Shown: piece by piece, positions 1 to 9,988 of the stretch | How the letters are laid out: each line of letters begins with the position of its first letter | How positions within the stretch are numbered: position 1 is the stretch's first letter | From: an uncultured Gemmatimonadaceae bacterium | Lineage (GTDB): Bacteria; Gemmatimonadota; Gemmatimonadetes; Gemmatimonadales; Gemmatimonadaceae | Direction of reading: 5' to 3' | Length of the DNA: 64,000 bases | NCBI GenBank assembly: GCA_963817955.1 | Contig: CAWFQK010000004.1 | Location: 192,001-256,000, forward strand | Notes under the pieces: generated by a model | The model's database searches: none | What the model was told of the DNA's origin: nothing | What the model saw: only the letters and a program-made list of their open reading frames with translations | Made by a program: the position numbers and the translations under genes

Positions 1-2
1 CA

Positions 3-329
3 CCTGGATTCGAAGCGCAACTCATCGAGACGCACCACTCGGCCAAGAAGGACGCACCGTCCGGCACGGCGATCACCCTTGGACGGGCAGCGTCGGCCGC
101 GTGGGGACACGACATTCCCATCGCGAGCATTCGCACAGGCTCGGTGCCCGGCACACACGAATTTCTCTTCGACGCACCGTTCGAGCAGATTCATCTGGAG
201 CACATCGCGCGCGATCGCCGCGTCTTCGCGGAAGGCGCGCTCGTCGCCGCGGCCTGGCTCATCGGCCGTCACGGTGTGTTCACCATGCGCGACGTACTCT
301 CGACCTCAGCAAGCGAGCACAGATCATGA
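3..329 (+). CDS. dapB: 4-hydroxy-tetrahydrodipicolinate reductase, C-terminal part (5' truncated by window)
   Basis: Manual translation from nt 3 gives ETHHSAKKDAPSGTA and GSVPGTHE...HIARDRRVFAEGA; lies upstream of dapA. Confidence 0.93.
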   Translation, partial: PGFEAQLIETHHSAKKDAPSGTAITLGRAASAAWGHDIPIASIRTGSVPGTHEFLFDAPFEQIHLEHIARDRRVFAEGALVAAAWLIGRHGVFTMRDVLSTSASEHRS

Positions 330-1216
330 CGGCACACCGACTCACGGGCTGCGGCACGGCACTCGTGACGCCGTTCACCACGAAGGGCGCCATCGATGAA
401 GCCGCGCTGCGTGCGCTGGTGGATTGGCAGATCGAGGAAGGGATTCACTTTCTCGTTCCCTGCGGCAGCACGGGCGAGGCGGCAACGATGACCCTCGACG
501 AACACCGCCGCACGGTGGAGATCGTCGTGGAGCAGGCGCGCGGGCGCGTCCCGATCGTGGCGGGCGCCGGCAGCAACGATACGCAGAAGGCCATCGCCCT
601 GTCGACGATGATGCGCGACGTGGGTGCGACGCATTTGCTGCACAGCTCCCCCATGTACAACAAGCCGCCGCAGCGCGGCATCGTCGCGCATTTTCGCGCC
701 ATCGCTCAGGCGGTGGACCTGCCGATCGTGATCTACAACGTGCCCGGACGCACCGGCAGCAACGTGGAAGCAAAGACGACGCTCGAGATGGCCAGCATCC
801 CGGGCATTGCGGCGGTGAAGGAAGCATCCGGACAACTCGCCCAGGTTGCCGACATCATTCGTGGCCGTCCCGCGGCGTTCTCCGTGCTCTCTGGCGATGA
901 CGAGTTGACGCTCCCAGTCATGGCATTGGGCGGCGACGGCATCGTATCAGTTGTCTCGAACGTCACGCCCAAGCTCATGGCTCAGCTCTGCAACACGATG
1001 CGCGACGGTGATCACGCCGCGGCACGCGACATTCATTTCCGCCTGCTCCCCTGGATGCGCGCCGCGTTCATCGAATCCAATCCGCTGCCCGTCAAGGCGG
1101 CGCTGGCCATGATGGGCCGCATCCAGAACGTGCTGCGATTGCCGCTCGTCCCCATGAACGACTCGAACAATGCCGCGGTGCGCTCGGCGCTCCAGACGGC
1201 GGGTGCCATCGCGTGA
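326..1216 (+). CDS. dapA: 4-hydroxy-tetrahydrodipicolinate synthase
   Basis: TALVTPF, GSTGE, YNVPGRTG, VKEASG motifs; ATG at 326 overlaps the dapB stop. Confidence 0.96.
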   Translation: MTAHRLTGCGTALVTPFTTKGAIDEAALRALVDWQIEEGIHFLVPCGSTGEAATMTLDEHRRTVEIVVEQARGRVPIVAGAGSNDTQKAIALSTMMRDVGATHLLHSSPMYNKPPQRGIVAHFRAIAQAVDLPIVIYNVPGRTGSNVEAKTTLEMASIPGIAAVKEASGQLAQVADIIRGRPAAFSVLSGDDELTLPVMALGGDGIVSVVSNVTPKLMAQLCNTMRDGDHAAARDIHFRLLPWMRAAFIESNPLPVKAALAMMGRIQNVLRLPLVPMNDSNNAAVRSALQTAGAIA

Positions 1217-2055
1217 CACCTGACGGGCTCGAGCAACGCATCAACGAGTTTGCTGCGACGCCGGCGGGCGTCATCCTGTCTGGCGAAGCGGAGAAGGACG
1301 TGAGCTCGCTGCTCGCCGCGCTCGAGCGCGGGGACGTGCGGGCCGCCGAGCGCAGCGAGGACGGGTCATGGCACGCGGTGGGTTGGGTGAAACGTGGGAT
1401 TCTACTTGGCTTTCGCGTCGGTCACCTACGAGAGTTCGGCGGCGGCGTCCTGGCATTCGTCGACAAGCACACGTATCCCGTCCGGCGCTTCTCCGCTGAT
1501 GAGAACGTGCGCGTTGTACCGGGTGGTTCATCCATTCGCCGGGGCGCGTATGTCGCCTCCGGCGTGGTGTGCATGCCGCCCATGTACATCAACGTCGGCG
1601 CCTATGTGGACACGGGCACGATGGTCGACTCGCATGCACTCGTTGGCTCCTGTGCACAGATCGGCAAGCGGGTGCACCTGAGCGCGGCGGCGCAGATCGG
1701 CGGCGTGCTCGAGCCGATAAACGCCGCGCCAGTGGTGATCGAAGACGACGTCCTCGTGGGCGGCAACTGTGGCGTCTATGAGGGCACCATCGTGCGTGCA
1801 CGGGCAGTGCTCGCGGCCGGCGTCATCCTCACGCGCGGCACGCCGGTGTTCGACCTCGTCAAGGAAACCGTGTACCGCGGCAGCGCGGACCGGCCATTAG
1901 AGATCCCCGAAGGCGCCGTCGTGGTGCCTGGCACGCGCGCCATCAAGGATGGATGGGGCGCAGCGCAGCAGCTCGGCCTGCAAGCGCCCGTCATCGTCAA
2001 GTATCGCGACGACAAGACCGATCTGGCGACCACGCTGGAGGGATGGTTGCGATGA
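1213..2055 (+). CDS. dapD: tetrahydrodipicolinate N-succinyltransferase
   Basis: WVKRGILLGF, VGSCAQIGKRVHLS, IGGVLEP hexapeptide region. Confidence 0.93.
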   Translation: MTPDGLEQRINEFAATPAGVILSGEAEKDVSSLLAALERGDVRAAERSEDGSWHAVGWVKRGILLGFRVGHLREFGGGVLAFVDKHTYPVRRFSADENVRVVPGGSSIRRGAYVASGVVCMPPMYINVGAYVDTGTMVDSHALVGSCAQIGKRVHLSAAAQIGGVLEPINAAPVVIEDDVLVGGNCGVYEGTIVRARAVLAAGVILTRGTPVFDLVKETVYRGSADRPLEIPEGAVVVPGTRAIKDGWGAAQQLGLQAPVIVKYRDDKTDLATTLEGWLR

Positions 2056-3311
2056 AGGTCTCGGGTTCGCTGCGCGTACCGGGCGACAAGTCAATCTCGC
2101 ACCGTTCGTTGATCCTGAGCGCACTGGCCGACGGGAGCTCACGCGTCACGGGCATTCTCCAGTCGGCCGATGTGCATTCCACGGCTGGCGTCCTCCGCAC
2201 GCTCGGCGTGAGCATTCCCGAGCTGTCGCCGGACTTCGTCGTGCACGGAGTGGGGAGACGGGGACTGCGCCAGCCGGAACGTCCGCTCGCTTGCGGCAAC
2301 AGCGGCACCACAACGCGCCTCATGGCCGGCGTCGTGGCCGCGAGTGCCATGCACGCCACCTTCGTCGGCGATGACAGTCTGAGTCGTCGCCCCATGCGTC
2401 GTGTCGCACGACCGCTCGAGGCGATGGGTGCGCGCGTCGACCTCCCGGCGCACGGCGGACTGCCTATGACCATTCATGGCGGAACGCTGCACGACGTCGA
2501 GTGGAAGAGCGAAGTGGCCAGTGCACAGATCAAGAGCGCCATCGTGCTTGCCGCTGTCGTCGCGGGCGTTCATGCATCAGTCACCGAGCCGTCCCGGTCG
2601 CGCGATCACACCGAACGCATGCTCCAGGCGCGTGGTGCCTCGGTTACCGTGGAAGGCACACGGGTGACCATTGCGGCGTTGACGGCCTTGCATCCGCTCG
2701 ACGTGGCGGTGCCGGGCGATCCATCGTCTGCCGCATTCTTCGCCGGCCTGGCGGCATTGGCGGACGAGGGCGAGCTGAGGCTCGATCATGTCTGCGTCAA
2801 CGAAACGCGGGCGGGATTCCTGACCCAGCTCAAACGCATGGGCGCCAGCGTCACGCAGGAGAACCGCCGGCTGGAGGGCGGGGAATGGGTCGCTGATCTC
2901 ATCGTTCGCCCGGGAACGCTCAGCGGAACCACGGTGAGTGAGGCGGACGTGCCGTCGATGATCGACGAACTGCCGCTTCTCGCCTGCCTTGGCGCTCGCG
3001 CCCAAGGCGAAACGGTCATTACCGGTGCAAGCGAGCTGCGGGTGAAGGAAAGCGACCGCATCACCGCCGTCGTCGAGAATCTGCGCGCCATTGGCGCCGA
3101 CGCCGAGGAACTGCCCGACGGCATGCGCACCGTGGGGTCGGATAGGCCACTGGGCGGGAGAGTCATCACGCACGGGGATCACCGACTGGCCATGGCCTTT
3201 GGTGTACTCGGCGCCGTCCCAGGGAATGCCATCGAGATCGATGATCCCGATTGCGTTGCCGTCTCCTTCCCCGGCTTCTGGTCCGACCTTGCCCGTGCCC
3301 ACTCCAGCTAA
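2052..3311 (+). CDS. aroA: 3-phosphoshikimate 1-carboxyvinyltransferase
   Basis: PGDKSISHR, GNSGTTTRL, SAQIKSA, RDHTE, RVKESDR, DHRLAM. Confidence 0.96.
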   Translation: MKVSGSLRVPGDKSISHRSLILSALADGSSRVTGILQSADVHSTAGVLRTLGVSIPELSPDFVVHGVGRRGLRQPERPLACGNSGTTTRLMAGVVAASAMHATFVGDDSLSRRPMRRVARPLEAMGARVDLPAHGGLPMTIHGGTLHDVEWKSEVASAQIKSAIVLAAVVAGVHASVTEPSRSRDHTERMLQARGASVTVEGTRVTIAALTALHPLDVAVPGDPSSAAFFAGLAALADEGELRLDHVCVNETRAGFLTQLKRMGASVTQENRRLEGGEWVADLIVRPGTLSGTTVSEADVPSMIDELPLLACLGARAQGETVITGASELRVKESDRITAVVENLRAIGADAEELPDGMRTVGSDRPLGGRVITHGDHRLAMAFGVLGAVPGNAIEIDDPDCVAVSFPGFWSDLARAHSS

Positions 3312-4019
3312 TTGCCCGTGACTGATCGGATCGCGCAAAATTTCGTCATTGCCATCGACGGCCCCGCGGCGTCGGGGAAATCGTCCACCGCGCAGTGGGT
3401 GGCGCGGCAGTTGTCCTATTACCACGTGGATTCGGGCGCACTGTATCGCGCGGCGACCGCCGTGCAGCTCGTCGCCGGCGCGCCGCTCGATACCTGGACA
3501 GAGGAGCAGGTGCTCGGGGGCACCTCCCGCATCACCTTCGTGCCGGCCGATTCCACGTTCGTGCCGCTGATCGACGGCGCGCCGGCGGACGAGGCGCTTC
3601 GGGGAACCGAAGTGACCCATAACGTGTCACGGGTGGCGCGAATGCCGCGGGTGCGTGCGTGGGTGAACGCCGAGGTGCGGCGCGCCGCGGACTCGCACAA
3701 CGTGGTGGTGGACGGACGCGACATCGGCACGGTGGTCTTTCCCGATGCTCAACTGAAGGTGTTTCTGATCGCCGATCCGTGGGAGCGGGCTCGGCGGCGC
3801 CTGATCCAGCGTCTCGGGTATCAGCCGAACGACGCCGACATCGCCACGGAAACGGACCTGATTGTGCATCGTGACGCGAAGGATGCCACGCAGACCGTGC
3901 AGGCGACCGACGCGGTGCTGATCGACACGACCTACCTGACGCAGGCCGATCAGGTGGAGCGGATCGTAGCCCTGGCGAAGGCCGTAACTCACCGTCCCGG
4001 CGAGACTTCCGCTAGTTGA
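3312..4019 (+). CDS. cmk: cytidylate kinase (start may be GTG 3318)
   Basis: IAIDGPAASGKSS P-loop, DSGALYRA, DGRDIGTVVFPDA. Confidence 0.95.
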   Translation: MPVTDRIAQNFVIAIDGPAASGKSSTAQWVARQLSYYHVDSGALYRAATAVQLVAGAPLDTWTEEQVLGGTSRITFVPADSTFVPLIDGAPADEALRGTEVTHNVSRVARMPRVRAWVNAEVRRAADSHNVVVDGRDIGTVVFPDAQLKVFLIADPWERARRRLIQRLGYQPNDADIATETDLIVHRDAKDATQTVQATDAVLIDTTYLTQADQVERIVALAKAVTHRPGETSAS

Positions 4020-4044
4020 CGGCCAAGTAGGCCCAGCGTATCTT
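4016..4044 (+). promoter_or_regulatory. candidate sigma70 promoter for rpsA
   Basis: TTGACG-17 nt-TATCTT upstream of rpsA. Confidence 0.55.
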
Positions 4045-4158
4045 TGAAGGTTCACATCGACCGTTATCCAGAGCGTCGCTCTGGGGGGGACGGCGCATCC
4101 GCAACCTCGTCGCGGCGAGCCTAAACACTCCGCGGTTCCTGAGGAGATTCTCTTTCGC

Positions 4159-5970
4159 ATGTCAGAGCTCGAAACCCCAATTGCCCCAACCGGCACGGCC
4201 ACTGAGCGCGAAAAGCGCGATGCCCAGCGCGCCCAGCTTCGCCCGCTTGCCAACCGTCGCCCCGAATTGTACGACGAAGACGAGTACTCATCGGTCGAAT
4301 ATGAAACGATGATGGAACTCTATAACGGTACGCTCGCGTCGATCGACGAGGGTGAGATCGTGAAGAGTACCGTGCTCGCCATTCGCGACAACATGGTCGT
4401 GCTGGACATCGGCTTCAAGTCGGAAGGCAGCGTTCCCCTCGAAGAGTTCAAGGACCATCCGGATCTCAAGCCGGGTGACATCGTCGAAGTCCTGCTCGAG
4501 CATCTCGAGGACCAGGAAGGCTCCGTCGTTCTGTCCAAGAAGAAAGCCGACTTCATGCGCGTGTGGGAGAAGATCCGCCTCGCGTATGAGAACGATCAGC
4601 CGGTCGAAGGCACGCTCGTCAAGAAGATCAAGGGCGGTGTCGTGGTGGACCTCATGGGCGTGGACGCGTTCCTGCCGGGTTCACAGATCGCGCTCCGCCG
4701 CGTGCCGAACATCGACGAGCTCCTGGGGCAGCAGTTCGAGTTCAAGATCATCAAGCTGAACAAGCGCCGGCGGAACATCGTCGTGTCGCGCCGCGTGATC
4801 CTCGAGAACGAGCGGGCGGGCAAGCGGGAAAAGCTCATGAAGGAGCTCGAGAAGGATCAGGTGCGGAAGGGTATCGTCAAGAACATCACCGACTTCGGTG
4901 CATTCATCGATCTCGGCGGCGTCGACGGCCTGCTTCACATCACCGACATGTCGTGGGGCCGCATCGCGCATCCGTCCGAGCTCGTGCAGATCGGCGCGGA
5001 GCTCGAGGTCAAGGTGCTCGACATCGACTGGACGCGCGAGCGGATCAGCCTCGGTCTCAAGCAGCTCCAGAGCTACCCGTGGAAGGACGTCGCCGAGAAG
5101 TATCCGGTCGGCACGCGCGTCGCGGGCAAGGTGGTCTCGATCACGAACTACGGCGCCTTCATCGAGCTCGAGCCGGGCATTGAAGGCCTCGTGCACATCA
5201 GCGAGATGAGCTGGACGCGCAATGTCCGTCATCCGAGCAAGCTGGTGTCGATCGGGGAGACGATCGAGGCAGTCGTCCTCAAGGTCGATCCGAACGAAGA
5301 GAAGATCTCGCTCGGCATGAAGCAGACGGAGCAGGATCCGTGGATGGTGCTGCCGCTCAAGTACCCGGTGGGCACACGCATCTCCGGCAAGGTCCGCAAC
5401 CTCACGAGCTTCGGCGCGTTCGTCGAGATCGAGCCGGGCATCGACGGCCTGATTCACATTTCCGACATGAGCTGGACCAAGCGCGTACAGCATCCGTCGG
5501 AAGTGGTGAAGAAGGGTGACTCGGTGGAAGTAGTCATCCTCAACATCGACAGCGAGAACAAGCGCATCAGCCTCGGCCTCAAGCAGGCGGAGGAGGATCC
5601 GTGGCTGCGGATTGGTGAGACCTACCCGGTCGGCACCGATCTCACGGGCACGGTGGTGCGCCTCATGGACAAGGGCGTCGTCGTCGACATCGGCAACGAT
5701 ATCGAAGGCTTCGTTCCGCTGTCGCAGCTCGCCCTGGGTGGCGCGGTCGTGACCAGCCCGGCGGACGTCGTCTACGAGACCATGCGTCTCGAGATGCGCG
5801 TGCTCGAGGTGGACCCGATTCACCGTCGCATCGTGCTCGGCGTGACGAACATTCCAGAAGAGCAGCCGCCGCGTCCCGAGACGCCGTCGAAGATCATCCC
5901 GATGGAATCGGAGCACGACATGGGGTATCCGCCGGCACCGGGAGACCTCTCGGCCGAAGACATCGAGTAA
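4159..5970 (+). CDS. rpsA: 30S ribosomal protein S1
   Basis: Repeated S1 domains (FGAFIDLGGVDGLLHITDMSW etc.); GAGGAG RBS; follows cmk. Confidence 0.97.
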   Translation: MSELETPIAPTGTATEREKRDAQRAQLRPLANRRPELYDEDEYSSVEYETMMELYNGTLASIDEGEIVKSTVLAIRDNMVVLDIGFKSEGSVPLEEFKDHPDLKPGDIVEVLLEHLEDQEGSVVLSKKKADFMRVWEKIRLAYENDQPVEGTLVKKIKGGVVVDLMGVDAFLPGSQIALRRVPNIDELLGQQFEFKIIKLNKRRRNIVVSRRVILENERAGKREKLMKELEKDQVRKGIVKNITDFGAFIDLGGVDGLLHITDMSWGRIAHPSELVQIGAELEVKVLDIDWTRERISLGLKQLQSYPWKDVAEKYPVGTRVAGKVVSITNYGAFIELEPGIEGLVHISEMSWTRNVRHPSKLVSIGETIEAVVLKVDPNEEKISLGMKQTEQDPWMVLPLKYPVGTRISGKVRNLTSFGAFVEIEPGIDGLIHISDMSWTKRVQHPSEVVKKGDSVEVVILNIDSENKRISLGLKQAEEDPWLRIGETYPVGTDLTGTVVRLMDKGVVVDIGNDIEGFVPLSQLALGGAVVTSPADVVYETMRLEMRVLEVDPIHRRIVLGVTNIPEEQPPRPETPSKIIPMESEHDMGYPPAPGDLSAEDIE

Positions 5971-5988
5971 TCGCTGGTGCAGTGCAAC

Positions 5989-6021
5989 GAAGACGCCCCC
6001 GGAATTCCGGGGGCGTTTTTG
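5989..6021 (+). terminator. intrinsic terminator after rpsA
   Basis: GACGCCCCCGGAATTCCGGGGGCGTTTTT hairpin plus U tract. Confidence 0.85.
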
Positions 6022-6063
6022 CGTCGGTGACTTGAGCCCGGACGGCGTAGACATCATATAGAA

Positions 6064-6900
6064 CGGGTGAGCGGTAGCCGACGTCAACGCATCACGCACC
6101 ACGCACCACTGCAAACTCGAACCTCGCCGACCGGCGGGCCGGCCGGTACGGAGCCGCCAGCGGCACCCAGCCGGTCAGAACCTGGAGTCCAATCCAAGCC
6201 GCACCGACCGGCTGTGGCGCCAGGCTCCCGAGCGCGGCGCAACGTGCTCTCGCCGCGGTTTCTGGCCTCCGACCGCGGCGCCACGTGCTCTCGCCGCGGT
6301 TTCTGGCCTCCGACCACGGCGCCACGGACGCAACTCGCGGCGTAGTCGCATCCGGCGCGGCGCGCCGGCGGAAAGCGTGTGTGCGTGCGGGGCCATCCGC
6401 GGCACGGCTCAAATTTCGGCGGCATCCGACCGGCGCGCGCGGCAACACCGGTTGTCCTTGCGCCTACCCGACCGACTTGGACTGGCACGGCCGCCGCTCG
6501 CGCGGTACGCCGACTTCATCTTGCGGAGTTCTGCGGCCTGCGCGCGGCATGCGGATCGATAGCGCGGCATGCGGATCGATAGCGCGGCACGCAGATCGAT
6601 AGCGCGGCATGGCGGATCAAGGCCGCGGCACGTTCGAGAACCGCGCGCGGCAGCGTTACTTTGGCCGCGGCCGAGTAACGGCCACCCGCGGCGGGCCAGG
6701 ATCGGGGCGCGGTGGCTTCATTCCGGTTAACAATCGCCCACATTCCGAGACGTCCACGGCCGGTGCAGCGTGGATTGGACTCCGGACTTTGACCGGCTGG
6801 ACCCCAACGCCCGTCTCCCGATCGTTGCTCCGGTCCGCGCGGATCGAGTTGTCAGTAGTGAGCCATGCGTGGTGCGTTGACCTCGGCTACCGCTCACCCG
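6064..6900. repeat. non-coding element bounded by ~145-bp imperfect inverted repeats (MITE/REP-like), with an internal ~20-22-nt periodic array
   Basis: 6064-6081 CGGGTGAGCGGTAGCCGA is the exact reverse complement of 6883-6900; similarity continues inward to about 6210/6757; internal tandem copies at 6242-6325 (41 nt x2) and 6543-6610 (20 nt x3). Confidence 0.8.
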
Positions 6901-6926
6901 CACATCCCCGCTTAGTTTCCACACCT

Positions 6927-8477
6927 ATGACCATGCGAAACAAACTCGAGCTGTTGGAGCGCCGGATCGCCAAGTCGGAGCAGGGCGGCGGCGAAAAGCG
7001 TGTGAAGGACCAGCACGCCAAAGGCAAGCTCTCGGCTCGTGAACGGTTGGACCTGTTGCTCGACGAAGGCAGTTTCGTGGAGTTCGATCGGTTCGTCGTC
7101 CACCGCTCCACCGATTTTGGTCTCCAGGACGAGAAGTACTATGGCGATGGCGTCGTCACCGGATACGGCCGCATCGACGGCCGGCTGGTCTACGTCTTCT
7201 CGCAGGACTTCACGGTATTCGGCGGCTCGTTGTCGGAGACGTTTGCCGAGAAGATCTGCAAGGTGATGGAGCTCGCGGTGCGGAACGGCGCGCCGGTGAT
7301 CGGCCTCAACGACTCGGGCGGCGCGCGCATCCAGGAAGGCGTGGTATCGCTCGGCGGGTACGCCGACATCTTCCTGCGCAACACGCTCGCCTCGGGCGTG
7401 GTGCCGCAGATCTCCGCCATCCTCGGACCCTGTGCCGGCGGCGCCGTGTACTCGCCGGCGATCACGGATTTCATCTACATGGCCCGCGGCACGTCGTACA
7501 TGTTCGTGACGGGCCCAAATGTCGTGAAGACGGTGACGCATGAAGACGTCACCATGGAACAACTCGGCGGCGCGGACACGCATGCCGGCACATCGGGCGT
7601 GGCGCACTTCGTTCACGATTCCGAGCCGGCGCTGCTCCAGGCCATTCGCGAGCTGTTCCGCTTCATTCCGCAGAACAACATGGAGGACCCGCCACGCGGA
7701 CGTGGCACCGATCCGCGCGACCGCCGCGAGGAGTCGCTGCTCGACGTGGTGCCGGACAACGCGAACAAGCCGTACGACATGCACGAAGTGATTCGTCGCA
7801 TTGTGGACGACGGCGCGTTCTACGAGGTCCAGCCGGATTACGCGGGTAACGTGCTCTGTGGATTCGCCCACCTCGGCGCGTTCAGCGTCGGTATCGTGGC
7901 GAACCAGCCGGCGGTGCTCGCCGGCGTGCTCGACATCAATGCCTCGCTCAAGGCGGCGCGGTTCATTCGCTTCTGCGATGCGTTCAACATCCCGATCGTG
8001 ACCTTCGAGGACGTGCCGGGCTTTCTACCGGGGCTCACGCAGGAGCACGGCGGCATCATCAAACATGGCGCCAAGCTGCTCTACGCGTACTGCGAAGCCA
8101 CGGTGCCCAAGCTCACGGTGATCACGCGCAAAGCGTACGGCGGCGCCTACGACGTGATGTCGTCCAAGCACATTCGCGGCGACTACAACGTGGCGTGGCC
8201 CACCGCCGAGATCGCGGTGATGGGGCCCAAGGGCGCTGTGGAGATTCTCTTTCGGAAAGACATCAAGCAGAGTGACGACCCGCAGAAGGCCACCGACGAG
8301 AAGGTGGCCGAGTACTCGGCGAAGTTCGCCAACCCGTATGTCGCCGCGAGCCGTGGCTTCGTGGACGACATCATCGACCCACGCGACACGCGCCCGCGAC
8401 TGATCGACGCGCTGGAAACGATGCGCACCAAACGCGACAAGAACCCGCCGAAGAAGCACGGCAACATCCCGCTGTGA
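6927..8477 (+). CDS. pccB: acyl-CoA (propionyl/methylmalonyl-CoA) carboxylase carboxyltransferase subunit beta
   Basis: [38 protein letters not shown]-terminus. Confidence 0.9.
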   Translation: MTMRNKLELLERRIAKSEQGGGEKRVKDQHAKGKLSARERLDLLLDEGSFVEFDRFVVHRSTDFGLQDEKYYGDGVVTGYGRIDGRLVYVFSQDFTVFGGSLSETFAEKICKVMELAVRNGAPVIGLNDSGGARIQEGVVSLGGYADIFLRNTLASGVVPQISAILGPCAGGAVYSPAITDFIYMARGTSYMFVTGPNVVKTVTHEDVTMEQLGGADTHAGTSGVAHFVHDSEPALLQAIRELFRFIPQNNMEDPPRGRGTDPRDRREESLLDVVPDNANKPYDMHEVIRRIVDDGAFYEVQPDYAGNVLCGFAHLGAFSVGIVANQPAVLAGVLDINASLKAARFIRFCDAFNIPIVTFEDVPGFLPGLTQEHGGIIKHGAKLLYAYCEATVPKLTVITRKAYGGAYDVMSSKHIRGDYNVAWPTAEIAVMGPKGAVEILFRKDIKQSDDPQKATDEKVAEYSAKFANPYVAASRGFVDDIIDPRDTRPRLIDALETMRTKRDKNPPKKHGNIPL

Positions 8478-9988
8478 TGTTCAATAAGATTCTGGTCGCC
8501 AACCGCGGAGAGATCGCGCTCCGCGTGATGCGTGCCTGCCGCGAGATGGGCATTGCGTCGGTCGCGGTCTACAGCGATGCCGACGTGCGTGCGCCGCACG
8601 TGCGCGAAGCCGATGAAGCCGTGAACATTGGCGCCGCGCCGTCCGCCGAGAGCTACCTGAAGGGCGACCGCATCATCGAGGCGGCGATAGCGACTGGCGC
8701 TCAGGCCATTCATCCCGGGTACGGATTCCTGGCGGAGCGCGAGTGGTTCGCGCGCGCCGTGCGCGACGCCGGGCTCGTGTTCATTGGCCCGCCGCCGGAA
8801 GCGATTGCCGCCATGGGCAGCAAGACGTCGGCGCGAACACTGGCGGTGGCAGCGAACGTACCGGTGGTACCGGGCACCACGGAAGCGCTGCGCGATTCGG
8901 CCGAGGCCCTCTTGATCGCCGAACGCTTTGGGTATCCGGTGTTGCTCAAAGCAGCGGCTGGCGGTGGCGGCAAGGGCATGCGCGTGGTGCGCGAGCCAGG
9001 CGAGATGGCAGCGGCGCTCGATGCCGCGCGTCGCGAAGCACAGAACGCGTTCGGCGATGACGCGGTGTATGTGGAGAAGTTCATCGTGGGGCCGCGGCAC
9101 GTCGAGATCCAGGTGCTCGGCGACCAGCACGGCACCATGCTGTCACTCAACGAGCGGGAATGTTCGGTGCAGCGCCGGCATCAGAAGATGATCGAAGAGG
9201 CGCCGTCGGTGGCGGTCACGCCGGAGATTCGCCGCGCCATGGGCGAGACGGCGGTGCGCGCCGCGAGCGCAGCGGGCTACTACAACGCCGGCACCTGCGA
9301 GTTTCTCCTCGATCGCGACGGGAAGTTCTATTTCCTCGAGATGAACACGCGCCTGCAGGTGGAGCACCCGGTCACCGAGTTGGTGACGGGCATCGACCTC
9401 GTGCAGTGGCAGATTCGCGTCGCGGCAGGGGAGCGCCTGCCGTTCACGCAGGACGACATCGTGTCGCGCGGTTGGGCTATGGAATGTCGTATCACGAGCG
9501 AGGATCCGGCAAACGGATTCCTGCCGTCCACCGGCCGCATCTCGTATCTGCATCTGCCGAGCGGTCCGGGGGTGCGTTGGGACGGCGGCATCGAGGTCGG
9601 CAGCGAGATCGGGCTGTTCTACGATCCCATGCTGGCCAAGCTCATCGTGCATGCGCCGACCCGTGAAGCAGCAATCGCCCGTATGCATCGCGCGCTGCTT
9701 GAGCTTACGATCGAGGGCGTGGAATCGTCGCGCGACTTTCACCTGCGGGTGATGGAGGACGCCGAGTTCCGTGACGGAGCGATCGAGATCCAATGGCTGG
9801 AACGACGGTTGGAGTCGTTGACCCGCGCGGCGCCGCCCGCAGACATTACGCGCAAGGCGGCAGTCGTGGCGGCGTTGTTGGCTGACCGCGATCGACAGGC
9901 GCCCAAACGCGCTACGGCGGCGTCTGCGGACGGACAGACGACCTCGGACGCGTGGACGCGTGCTGGCCGGTTGGAGGGTTTGCGATGA
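8474..9988 (+). CDS. accC: biotin carboxylase subunit (acetyl/propionyl-CoA carboxylase)
   Basis: [54 protein letters not shown]. Confidence 0.9.
   Translation: MMFNKILVANRGEIALRVMRACREMGIASVAVYSDADVRAPHVREADEAVNIGAAPSAESYLKGDRIIEAAIATGAQAIHPGYGFLAEREWFARAVRDAGLVFIGPPPEAIAAMGSKTSARTLAVAANVPVVPGTTEALRDSAEALLIAERFGYPVLLKAAAGGGGKGMRVVREPGEMAAALDAARREAQNAFGDDAVYVEKFIVGPRHVEIQVLGDQHGTMLSLNERECSVQRRHQKMIEEAPSVAVTPEIRRAMGETAVRAASAAGYYNAGTCEFLLDRDGKFYFLEMNTRLQVEHPVTELVTGIDLVQWQIRVAAGERLPFTQDDIVSRGWAMECRITSEDPANGFLPSTGRISYLHLPSGPGVRWDGGIEVGSEIGLFYDPMLAKLIVHAPTREAAIARMHRALLELTIEGVESSRDFHLRVMEDAEFRDGAIEIQWLERRLESLTRAAPPADITRKAAVVAALLADRDRQAPKRATAASADGQTTSDAWTRAGRLEGLR

Noticed and set aside
4681..6114. 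Long antisense ORFs over rpsA, pnp, mreB and other genes
   Set aside because: Shadow ORFs caused by high-GC codon bias opposite well-supported genes
6609..6926. Long N-terminal extension of pccB
   Set aside because: Runs through the inverted-repeat element; the recognisable protein starts at 6927/6933
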